NCBI GenBank assembly: GCA_965235115.1
Contig: OZ249443.1
Location: 9,424,001-9,488,000 of the forward strand
Direction of reading: 5' to 3'
DNA: 64,000 bases
DNA from: Laetmonice hystrix
Taxonomy: Eukaryota
Shown: positions 1 to 10,950 of the stretch, in pieces
How the letters are laid out: every line of letters begins with the position of its first letter
Position numbering within the stretch: position 1 is the first letter of the stretch
Notes under the pieces: generated by a model
Seen by the model: the letters and a program-made list of their open reading frames with translations, nothing else
The model's database searches: none
Told to the model about the DNA's origin: nothing
Program-made: the position numbers and the translations under genes

Positions 1-145
1 TCGGCCGTCTAGAGAACCAATAGATATCAATGTAAAGTACACGAGAAAAATATCCAATCACTACGAGGGGATCTTTTCCCTATTTATCATAGGTATGGTA
101 CTTATGAAATATGGGCTTCCTCATCATATGGAAATTGTGATTTTA

Positions 146-767
146 GACCCCAGTTACACAGGAGGTACGACCTATTGCCGACTTCTAACAACCACTGGTC
201 GGTAGTTGGTTGTCAGAGGTCGTATACAGGTTTTTGGCAGTCTGTAAAAGGTTACCAGTGTTCGGTAAGTGGTTGTTGGAGCATTTTGGTCGGCTGGAGG
301 TTTATGCTGCTGCATCGAAAACCTTCTGCCGACCAAACTGGTCGGGAAAAGGTTTTTCTTGTCTTTAATCGTTTGGCCGAGGCTGGGCGACATTTCTCAG
401 ACTGGTCTCAGACTGGTCTGCCGGCTCTTGCCGAGCAGTTTTTGGTCGGTAAACTCCAGCAACTGACCGGTAATCAGTTGGCGAAATATACACGAGCAAT
501 CGCCGACCATTGGCCAAACGTTCGCCAAACATGGACAATTATTTGACAACATTCCAACGAGTGGTTGTCCATCAGTCTTCAATAATTTTCATTGAACGGA
601 CAATTTTCGTACGACACTCGGGAACCTGTCGTACTACCGATCGGCAACTACTCGCCCAATTAAATTGATGACAAGATTGGGGGTTTTGGTCGGCAGTGGT
701 TGTCGTTGGTCGCAGCTTTTTTTGATTGCCAGAGGTCGGCAGTCGTATCTCTTGTGTGACTGGGGTC
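146..767. mobile_element. Non-autonomous TIR element (PIF/Harbinger-like MITE), 622 bp
   Basis: Left end GACCCCAGTTACACAGGAGGTACGACC; right end AGTCGTATCTCTTGTGTGACTGGGGTC is its imperfect reverse complement. TTA flanks both sides (143-145, 768-770), the TWA target duplication typical of PIF/Harbinger. Confidence 0.75.
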
Positions 768-802
768 TTAAACACCAATGAAAACCAATGGTCGGCGACC
801 TG

Positions 803-1610
803 GGCCCGGTTTTCAGTTTGCAAACCGAGTATTAAATGTCCATCGTTAGTATCTTCGAGAATAAAACACTTTCCGGTCCTATATAGCCACCTATTGACAT
901 GTATGAAGACACACTGTTGCTGATTTCTGTTAACTAAAATTCGGACCGAAGCTAAAACATGATAATTAGCAGGAGTTTGAATTTGCCTCCGCTCCCCGAA
1001 AGGGGCGCTGCAAATGACGTTGAACAACATCCCATAATAGTCCTAGAGGTCTTCAGGTATCGCTCCACCATATTTGAACATCATCATACGCTTGCTTAAT
1101 TAGTAAATATGCCTCCGGGGGACGAAAGTCGATGTATGCAACAGAATCAGCTAAAAAGCTGAGAAAGAATGAGTTGGGCAGAAGACGTGACAGTGCTCGT
1201 GGCATTGAAATAGATCGGCGGATGGCCTTGAAACTCCACGCGCCGACTAGTCCGAGCGTCACGACTGTGAGAGTCACTGACACTGACCGTGGGATTGCCG
1301 CTGTTATACGGTTATCCAAAATGGCCAATCGGTTCGAAGGTAGAACGTTAGATTGCGACGGAGCCAGCTGAGCGTTCTCACATTGTATTTGGTTGGTCTC
1401 ACTTCAATTATTTATTTGAGTTTTACATGTGACACTAAGCTGATTTATATGGCAGGGTGTCGATATTACAGGTTTTAAAAATAGTGGAACTTTAAGACCG
1501 AACTGCTAATTGGTCCGTCAGATGAAGTCAGCCAATAAGAGACCATAACACAAGTCAGTCTTAAAATTCCAGTCTTAAGATTGGTAAAATGACGAACTAA
1601 AATCCGGGCC
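803..1610. mobile_element. Harbinger-like non-autonomous element with CTG TSD
   Basis: Termini GGCCCGGTTTT and AAAATCCGGGCC form a short TIR of about 11 bp; CTG lies on both sides (800-802, 1611-1613). Confidence 0.55.
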
Positions 1611-2707
1611 CTGGAGTAGGCAACCATACGGTTCGTTCCACCATCGTCTTATGAAACATTAGTAGACCTACTGTGGCGGTCCCCTGATGGAGTGACACCA
1701 AGCTGACATCCTTCACCTGACAATGTTGAGTCAGTGCTATGTAAACGGCGTAAATATGCATTGTCTTTGCATTTTGAAAAGGTCTGTGATCGATGCGGCA
1801 GATGTAGTATCGTGTTTCCGAAGTAAATTTGATCAGGGCTGCGGTCGGAGACCAAAGGTCTTCTCATAACAGGATGGAGAGGGGGGTCTGTTAGCATCAA
1901 CGGTCGAATCCCCCCCCCCCCTCCCCACCTTTCCGGCGCCTATATTTTGTATCAATTTGGTTCCCGATCTTGGATTCCAGCTAGCGTCCGCTTTCAACAG
2001 GTGCTCCTTGGGTCATATAAAGCAACACGGAAAAGATATACAAAAGGCCCCTGTTGTTTGTCTGTGTGATATGATATCGCTGCATCATCGTTATACAGTA
2101 TCTCTTGTGACCGACGTGTTTACGGAAATACATCAAGTCTACATTATGGTACGGTAAGGTTTTGTAAGAAGGGACACTGAAGTTCATGGCCCGTCCTCTG
2201 GTGACCATTGACCCTCGTCAGCGCCGAAATGAGGCAAGGTATGGGGAAGTCAGTCTGTCAGTCAGGCAGTGTTTTTTTAGATTAGATATATAGAAGGGGA
2301 GGGGGATATTTCTCTTGATATGGAATTAGAACAAATTTTGTTCAAAAACGTCTTCTGCCCAACTCTCTTTTAAAAAGAGACCGACAAAGGGACAGATTGA
2401 CGGACGGGTAGGTCTGAGGGGCCCGTCTCACTAAAGGCTGGTTAATAACCAGGGCCCATATTCATAAAAGCCTGCTAAGCCTAGTTGGCAACTATTTTGG
2501 GCCTTAGCTGCCAACTAAGCCTAGTTGGATACTAGATATTATTCATAAAATGCCGCTAAGCTTAGTTGACTGCTAAATTGTCTGCTAACTTTAGAGGTGA
2601 TCTTGGGTACCTCTAAGTCACTAGTTGACAACTAAATCCTTCATTTGTATGTTTGACTCTGACATGAAAGCATGGCTAGACGGATGAGGAAGGATATAGT
2701 ATTCAGA

Positions 2708-3125
2708 GACAGGTGTAATCCAACTGATATTTTTATGATGATGAATTGATCAAGATAGCTCGATTTTCACGGGAAGGCATCATGTTTAATAACGTTTATG
2801 TTGATAACTTTTCAAATGTTTGTTGGCGATCCCATACAAATATCACAACAAACCTCCTGACGAGGTGTCAACAGAGTTTAACGAGCACTATCTGGGAAAA
2901 TTAACAACTTTGTAAAGTTGCCTGAACAAGGGCAAGTTGATGTAATTTAAGATGAACAGGGTCAGGAACTTTCCAGGTGTTATAGGCTGTGACATATTTG
3001 GATAATTTCACCCCATCTTAATGAGGCTGACTATATCAACAGGAAAGGTTATCACTCCATAAACGTTCAAGTGACATGTGACCATAAGGGGAAATGGATA
3101 AACATTGTTTATAGATGACATCCTT
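2708..3125 (+). pseudogene. PIF/Harbinger (HARBI1-like, DDE_Tnp_4) transposase relic
   Basis: Frameshifted translation gives [99 protein letters not shown]. This matches the Harbinger FPGVIGCIDGTH...[11 protein letters not shown] motif, with stops and deletions. Confidence 0.85.
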
Positions 3126-3235
3126 GGTTGGTCCTTTAGGCTGAGTTCACATAGGAATATACGGCACGGGTATACGGTGCACGTTTTGCAGGGCACGCGA
3201 ATAGCTTAAATCGTACAATAGGATCCTATAATACA

Positions 3236-4498
3236 GGTGTAACGATTAAAATAAACTATCGTAAAATAAACTACCGTAGTTTTTTTTAAACGTTTACAAA
3301 AAACTACGTAGTTTGTTTTAAACGTTAAAAAAAACTACCATAGTTTATTTGCAACGATTTGCCATGCCGGAAAAACTACCGTAGTTTATTTTAAATGTTG
3401 AAAAAAAACTACCGTAGTTTATTTCAGCCATTTAAAAAAAACTATCATCGTTTTAAATAAACTACCATAGTTTAAAAAAAAACATTTAAAGAAAACTACC
3501 ATAGTTTGTTTTAAACGTTTAAAAAACTACCATAGTTTATTTGTTATGATTTGCCATGCTGGAAAAACTACCGTAGTTTATTTTAAATGTTGAAAAAAAA
3601 ACTATCGTACCATAGTTCTACCACCCACGCACCTAATCATTCCTAATCATTCCAACCTTCTATGTACATGCATGTGTTGGAAGGCATTCATGTAATTGTA
3701 ATGTTCTTTTTTGAAATAAGAACGGTCTTTTGTATTTGTTCGAATCGTATTGAGAATAAAAAATATTTTCTAAATGGACATTTTACCCCTTTTTTCGCCT
3801 GAGCTGGGGAAATACAATTGACCCTGGGGTGTGTTACAATTGACCCGGGTATAGGGGACGATTGTAACACTCGACACCGGTTGGAAAATTGTCCCGTTCT
3901 CCATAACTGATCGTTTGATTCCAACCATTTTGGTCTGCATAATGGAGGAAACATTGGGGTAAATGTCGATATTATTGGAGGCCCTCTAGTTCAGTTGGAC
4001 TTTCCGTAAACACAAATAATGTGAAAAATGTTACAATTGTCCCCGGTCTCCCTACTTTGCTTCAGTCATTACAAAAAAAAACTATCATCGTTTTAAATAA
4101 ACTACCATAGTTTATTTCCAACGTAAAAATAACTACTATAGTTTATTTCCATGGAGGAAAATTGGAAAAACTACTAGCATGGCAATAAAACTACGGTAGT
4201 TTGTTTGCAATGATATAAAAAAAACTACGGTAGTTTTTTTTACATGTTTAAAAAAAACTATGGTAGTTTTCTTTAAACGTATAAAAAACTACGGTAGTTT
4301 TCTTTAAACGTATAAAAAAAAACTACGGTAGTTTTTTTTACATTCAAAAAATTCATTGCAAACAAACTACCGTAGTTTTATTGCCATGCGAGTAGTTTTT
4401 CTGTAACAGTAAAAAAAACTACCGTAGTTTTTTTTTATATGTTCAAAATAAACTACGGTAGTTTAATTCCAACGGTAGTTTATCTTAATCGTTACACC
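3236..4498. mobile_element. Level-4 TIR element packed with AAACTACCGTAGTTT subrepeats
   Basis: GGTGTAACGATTAAAATAAACTA at the left end and TAGTTTATCTTAATCGTTACACC at the right end. Dozens of near-palindromic AAACTAC(C/G)(G/A)TAGTTT motifs lie inside. No TSD identified. Confidence 0.65.
3630..4053 (-). mobile_element. One-ended fragment of a TIR family starting TAGGGAGACCGGGG
   Basis: Ends in TTGTCCCCGGTCTCCCTAC at about 4053; the same terminus appears as TAGGGAGACCGGGG at about 26366. The other end was not found and the left boundary is approximate. Confidence 0.4.
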
Positions 4499-5419
4499 GG
4501 GTCACATCAGAGGGCACTATTCGAAAAGGCCGTATAGCTGCGTAGAGTATAGTATAGTGGGAATCGTGCTTGGTAGATTTTAGTGCAGCGTATACCTTGG
4601 GGTGCCTGTGTTTAAAAGTTCAGCATTTATACAGTTCTTGATATTTTTTTAACTAAATCTTCAGATCTAAGGGCCGACATATAGGGGTATTGGCTCTGAA
4701 AATTTCAAAGAAATCCGTTCAAGAGGAGGGGAAAGGGGGCACCTTTCAATTCATGTCGGGAATTAAGACACTGGCGGGCGGCAGGCGGCTTTTATATCTC
4801 AGTCTGGGGTGCCTGTGTTTAACAGTTCAGCCTCATACAGTTCTTTGTATTTTTTAACCAGTTTTTTTTATCTATGGGCAGATACGTAGGGGAATTGGCA
4901 CGTGTGCTACCGTTTAAGTGACTCGCCGTGCCCGTATAGCGTATAGCTAATAGCGAATAGCGTATACCATATATACCGTATACTCCTATGTGAACTCAGC
5001 CTTAGAACTGTCTGTACATTGAGTTCTATAGGCACACACAGTTCCTGCATGCGTTATGCTTGGTGGTTTGGCACACGGCTAACTGCTAAGTTAACAACGA
5101 ACTAAATCCTAGTTGACAACTACCTGGCACTGTCCCTATCTGGGTTTTATGAATGTGGAAATAGCAGGAAACTATGGAGCAGGAAACTAGGCATTTAGCA
5201 GCCTGCTAAGGCCTAGTTGGCTGCTAGTTTAGTAGGGTTTTATGAATATCGGCCCAGATCGTTAAGTTAACATATATAGCAGTGAATGGAAGGCTGCTGG
5301 TTACAGTAACCAGCAGCCTTCCATTCACTGCTATGTTAACTTAACGATCTGGTTAATAACCAGCCTTTAGTGAGACGGGCCCCTGAGTCCGTACATATAC
5401 GGACAGAGGCGGAGAGATA

Positions 5420-5700
5420 ATTTTGCACCGGACTTTTTTCAAATGTCTGGTACATTTACGAACCTCTGACCCTGGAGTCTGTTCCGACATGTTTTGATGC
5501 TGGTGCTGCAGACTGTTTGGCAGCAGAGTAAGCAGCTGCGACTGGACAGTGGCCAATTGACGCCATGAAGCTGAGGTATAGCGCCAGTTGATTGACCTAG
5601 GCGGTGACACTGTGGACGATCGACAATTACTGTAGTCTACCTCCGCTTGAGACCGCTGCAAGCGTGGACAAGCAATTCCGCCGGTAAACGTTTTCTCCAA
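5420..5700 (+). pseudogene. Degenerate LINE reverse-transcriptase fragment (CR1/L2-like)
   Basis: Broken frames read ...LRLDSGQLT... and IDLGGDTVDDRQLL, resembling RT LD.G.L...FIDLSKAFDTVDH.ILL. Confidence 0.45.
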
Positions 5701-6366
5701 CTGCCTCGGACATGTGTTCGATTTAATTACGCCGGAACACGTCCATAAATGGAGATCTCATTACCATTAGTCTCTTTCATTACGTGGGATTGGAGTAGAT
5801 ACGATTGCTCGTATCTAAGAGATAATTATAGCTATTGCAATGTGATTTAAATAACAATCGTCCACTTCGAACTGCTTGAATTCTTTGGGCGCAGAGGCTT
5901 TCAATCTTTAAAATTGCACATGTATGTGGGCCGCGCACATTTAGGGCAATCTCCATCAAGTCTGAGGAGGGACCCCCGCATCTAGAGCTTCAAACTCTCA
6001 ACAGGCCGGACTAGAAACCCTATACGTTTCTGTAAGGATTCGACCCATCACAAGGCATGTATCTGTAATTAAGAATTCCCTTTTACCTCTTCTCACAACA
6101 ATGGCTTCATTTCCAACAAAAGCTGACGACATTTTCATATCACAGGTTGCCTGTTTGACTGTAAATATTGCATGGCATATGTCGCTGCTAATTAGCTTAC
6201 CAAGCACATAGCTGAAATTACCAGAAGAAAATTAATGTGAAGTAGACACTTGAAGTTGAACTATATCGACTTCGGCTCAGAATCACGCGGACAGACATGA
6301 CAATTTTCTCTGCCCTTTCAAAGAGAAACATGATCTCAAACATATAGTCTCGATGTCGATTGCATT

Positions 6367-6558
6367 AGGCTAAAGAGAGACGGAGGGTGAGGGAGAGAGG
6401 GAGGGGAGGAGGGAAAAAGGCAGAAAGAGATAGAGAGGGAAAGAGAGGGAGAGAGGGGGAGAGAGAGAGAGAGAGACGGAGACGGAGGGTGAGGGAGAGA
6501 GGGAGGGGAGGAGGGAAAAAGGCAGAAAGAGATAGAGAGGGAAAGAGAGGGAGAGAGG

Positions 6559-6599
<41 letters not shown>
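6367..6599. repeat. Compound GA/GGA microsatellite with an internal duplicated block
   Basis: Purine-only tract; a block of about 110 bp occurs twice and ends in pure (GA)n. Confidence 0.9.
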
Positions 6600-6601
<2 letters not shown>

Positions 6602-7974
6602 TTAGTAGTTTTACGTCATGGCGGGCGACAACTAACGCCATCTTCATGGAAAAAACACGCGGTGAAATTAGAAAAATGTGAATTGATATAAGCGATTTAT
6701 TGTCTCGCGGGTCCCGACGGGAGAGGGGCAATAAGACTACGACCTCTATGGGTCTGTATATCTGCTGTTAGTATACAAATATAGGCCTACACTTGAATAC
6801 TGGTTGAGCCAGTTTGCTTCCAGCACCCGTCAGATCGCTGGGTGTGGCCTGTGATTGTTACAATCCTTGAATCAGTCATGAAATATGAGACCATTTACAA
6901 TACTATTATCATTATATCCTGATGATGCCGTCTTCCCGCTCGGATGACGTATCTGTCAGATCATGGCCTGTTCCTTTGAAAGGTCCCTTCCTAGTACCCG
7001 TCCAGGGGCGAGTGTACTAGACGGTGACTGTCCGGGTGTGTGTGTGTGTGGGGGGGGGGGGTCTTGGGGTGGTTGCCCTATCACCGTATAATCCATATTA
7101 ATAGGCCTCCCTTCCTACCCATTCCTACCCCTCAAACGGAGTGAATACTTTGAACTTCTTTCTTCTTTCAATATGACCACGAGCCTTATCTATGGGTTTA
7201 ATATCAGAAATCATTCATCTCTCGGTCCTTTCTAGGTTCCGAGCACAACAATCCGCATGACCCAGATCCGATCCTATTTTGCAAATATTGGCATGGGGTT
7301 GTCAAAAGATTATATTCCAAGCATGTCCCATACGTTTTGGATCAATATATCAGATCATACAGAATTAGGGGGCATGTCGCCAGAGGCGCTGGAGTTCACT
7401 CGAAGCTGTCGAAGGGGGGAAACGCCCCCAAGCCCCTGAGCAATTACGTATCAGGCGACCCCCACGACGTTTTCATAGGAAAATTTATACCGCCCCCGTC
7501 CTTTCCAAAATTCTTTGAACAGCCCTGACAAGAAATGCTCACCCGTTTCCCCCTATGTAATACATGCACATGAAATATCGTATATATGGGTTAATGATTG
7601 CGCCCATTGACAAAAAGACATAGTTCAACATCAATGACGTTCACCTGTACGGAAATACTGTACATTGTTCTCTGTGTAACCTTCGCTGATTCCATAAGAC
7701 AGACCGTTTACCCTAAAAAGTCATCATTCCGCCAGAACGATTCATCTCTGATATCTTTAAACGGTTAGAATGGCCATTTAGACCTACTGAGTTGGGGGTA
7801 TTTCCACCCTTAGCCCCCCCCCCCCCCCCCGGTCCCGCTCACACACATATTCATTCATGTGCACGCTAAAGCCCTCTTTGGTCGATTGCCTTAAACCTGA
7901 TCTCCATTCAATCCTGCTCTCCGATCAATGAGAAACAAAGCCGTTTTTGAAGTATGACAAACAAGTCGGCGAGT

Positions 7975-8018
7975 GGGCAGGGCAGGGCAGGGCAGGGTAG
8001 GGCAGGGCAGGGCAGGGT
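7975..8018. repeat. (GGGCA)n microsatellite
   Basis: About 8 tandem pentamers visible. Confidence 0.9.
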
Positions 8019-8109
8019 GACGTAAGAGCAGTCCTGTCGGGTCGATGCTCATTATTGTGTGATTAGCATGGTCCAACACCGACGGGACTGTTATATAACA
8101 ATAGATTAA

Positions 8110-8900
8110 GGGCGGACCTTACCTGATAAGAGTAGGTGTCCGGCGAGAATAACCGCACAGGAAACAGGAAAAGTCGCCATGATCAGTCATTATCCTAATG
8201 CGCAGTGAGTGGCAGAGAGTGGCCGTTGGCCCCGGGAGAGTGTATTCCCTGTTCCGGTGGTCTTCAGTCTTTGTGTCCACGTGCCCGCTGACTCTCACGT
8301 CGCCACAGAACATGATGGAACTGTTACGTCCATGCTCTGGAAGGCTTCCATTATCTAAGCACACTTCGACCTCTCGTCCTCTTAAAGTTGCTGATCCACC
8401 TCCGGGATGTCTAGATATCTTCGCAGATCGTTTAGTTGTCTCGCAGGGGGTGGTATGAGGATTAATGGGTTTGACTTGCGGCTTAAGTCGGTCTTGTTGA
8501 CATTGCCAGACGGGCTTCAGATCAACAGATGCTGCCGATAGCTCTGCCAATCGATTTCACCGACTTCGCTCCTCCCCGAGTCCCACAACTTACTGAGAGC
8601 TGTTGCACAGGTGGTTAAGTGCCGGTTTCTGATGTAGTTGTCAGCCGTAATGGTGGACTGCCTGGTGACGTACACCCCCAAGAAATCGGAGCGCTCATTT
8701 GTTGGCGATATGTTTGCGGACACAATTATTGTCTGAATCGTTGTCGTCTGTCACTGTTTCTCTGAAACCCAGCGTCCCGTGGATTCTATAAGAGAAGCCG
8801 CACTGATAGATCTGGCACTGCCGAAGGTGTGCCGCCAAATGCCTGATGATCTCACTGACGCTAGATGGTCGTGTGTAACTCCTGCAGCAGCAGCAGCTCG
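8110..8900 (-). pseudogene. Possible decayed RTE-like LINE 3' portion
   Basis: Fragmentary minus-strand motifs DFLGVYV, GEID, AASVDLKPVWQ, LDNGSLPE, RLKTT and a 3' AGGTAAGGT end loosely resemble RTE C-termini. Many stops; the similarity is weak. Confidence 0.35.
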
Positions 8901-10950
8901 CCACGAAGTCATCTCGCAGGCTTCGAGACGCCCGCTTATGCCATCAAATGGACCAGTCCACAGTGGGACTTCAACCAGCGCTACCGTAAGGGGGCGCTAG
9001 TGGGGCAGGCCGACTACACAGGCCTTCAATAAAATGTCGCGCATTAAAATCGACACTCTCCGGTGTCGGAGTCTCGTCACAGCTCCCAATGATGTAGTGT
9101 ACCCCTCTTACTGACAGCCCATTTTAATTCAAGAATCTTTGTGAAGAAGGACCTCCCCCCCCCGCCAGTTCTTCGGTTCTATACTCTTTCAGATTGTGAA
9201 ATTAAATTGGACAGGAGCGACATTGATGCTGGGCCGACAGGAGTGTCCTGGAATCTTTCATGACAGAGGAATGCTCCTACTTCGCTCAAAACTGCTTATT
9301 TTGAAAAGGGTATTCATCTGAAATGTACAGCGACGGACTGCTGATGCAAAAAGCAGGCATGAATTGCGACACCATTCAAACGTCCAAATAGATGGGGACG
9401 TTCACGTTATGATGCAATAGCGATTCTGCCTGCCGGAAGCTGTACGGGTGGTCAGGTCGTGACCTTGCCTCACGTACACGGTGCAAAACGTGTGGCGAAA
9501 CCGCTTTAATGAATTTAACATCCTCTATCGGGTAGAAACGGAGCTAGCAACACCGCCAGGTGGAGCCAGTGATGACAAGCTCAACGTCCACTCTACTTAC
9601 CGCAAAAGCATCGGGTTGAATCATACCTGCCGTGCATGCGATGCCTGCCTTGCCTTGTGATGCGTTCCAATTCCATTTGGTGAATTCGCGATAGAAAAAA
9701 AACGTAACCGAAGCGGGCTCATGTATAACAGAACAGGGCGACAATCCGGCAGACAACAAACAAAGCTACTTGTTCCAGCACGCGAATTTAACATTGGAGG
9801 TTAAGAGCCAAGATCATTATAAAACAAGCAATCGTGATCTACCAGCCTTGAATGCGGTTTTATTCATAGCGCAAAGTCAGGACATAATTATGTTGGATTT
9901 GCGGTGCGGATTCAGGACTTGGAAAAGGATTTCCCATTGGAAACAATACCGAAAAAGGGGGTAAGCAGGGTCAAGTCGGGAAGATGCATCCGATAGGCGA
10001 AAGAAACATTGGTTCAAAAGGGCGTGGGTGTTCCAAAACCTTTGAACCGTAAATGCCCTTGGAGGCCTTCTTTCGCGATAAATTATAATAAAATTCCCTT
10101 TTGTCGTATCACCAAGACAAAATATTTTATGGACAGAAGTTTCTGGGTTTTTTAAGGCACCATGATGCTGCGCTTTTCGTCATGAGAACTAACGGCGGAC
10201 GAGTCTCTTGATGGTTTATAATCGGGCCACTCATAGTCAAACACCTGTCGGCTGTAAATCTTGCTGTATCTCCCCAGAGCTGTGATTTTCACTCCTCCAG
10301 TAATCAGTGTTTCCCTAGAGTTCAGTGGAAGTGCACGGGGACTGGAAGATGTCACCAGATGGCGCAGCAGTCGGGCACTGTGATATATGTATATGGGTCA
10401 TCAGTAATCAGTACAGGGTGGCTAGGAGTGGTAGTTGACGATAGGTGGCGCTCGTGGCGGAATCCTTGACTCGTTCTATAAAGATACACATCGATGGAGG
10501 TTGGGGCCTGGTGGTGCCGGAGGTACTTTACCCTTCTCGAAGGCGAACGAGGAGAGCTAGGCATCACTCTTTTGTCAGTGGCAAACGCTAGACACGGAGT
10601 CCTTGACATATTTTTTAATGTCTAACTGCATATATACTAGTATTCAAAGCCAAAATTAATATCTTTACTAGTTATCAAGTGCATGGGCCAGACGAATGGT
10701 GTGACATTCGGATTATCGGCGATATCGGTAACATCTGAGAAAGTATAGGGTGGCCACTTCATTTCAGTGCCACTATGTGGGCCCAAGGTATTCCAGAACA
10801 TTTACATGGGTATTTGGTATTCGGGCACTCGTTCGCTATGCCGGATCTCTCACAGCTTTACCCCATGTGACTCGTCCAGTGATGCAATACCTGCAGTAGC
10901 AGATCAGGACTCTGCCATGGCCTGCATTCAGCCCCGAGGTGTTTCCGATC

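Larger units (their letters stand above)
3139..5001. mobile_element. Harbinger-like MITE (level 3), TTA TSD
   Basis: Perfect 18-bp TIR GGCTGAGTTCACATAGGA / TCCTATGTGAACTCAGCC; TTA at 3136-3138 and 5002-5004. Confidence 0.85.
2453..5254 (+). mobile_element. Harbinger element (level 2) with decayed transposase, CAG TSD
   Basis: TIRs are GGCCCATATTCATAAAAGCCTGCTAA and the reverse complement GGCCGATATTCATAAAACCCTACTAA. CAG lies at 2450-2452 and 5255-5257. The opposite arm of the host palindrome shows the empty site TAACCAGATC. Confidence 0.85.
2418..5383. mobile_element. Outer palindromic MITE (about 165 bp when empty), host of a nested insertion series
   Basis: GGGGCCCGTCTCACTAAAGGCTGGTTAATAACC at 2418 has its inverse at 5351-5383. 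TGA flanks both ends (or CTGAG if the TIR is read 1 nt shorter). The remainder at 5258-5350 is a near-perfect hairpin. Confidence 0.85.
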
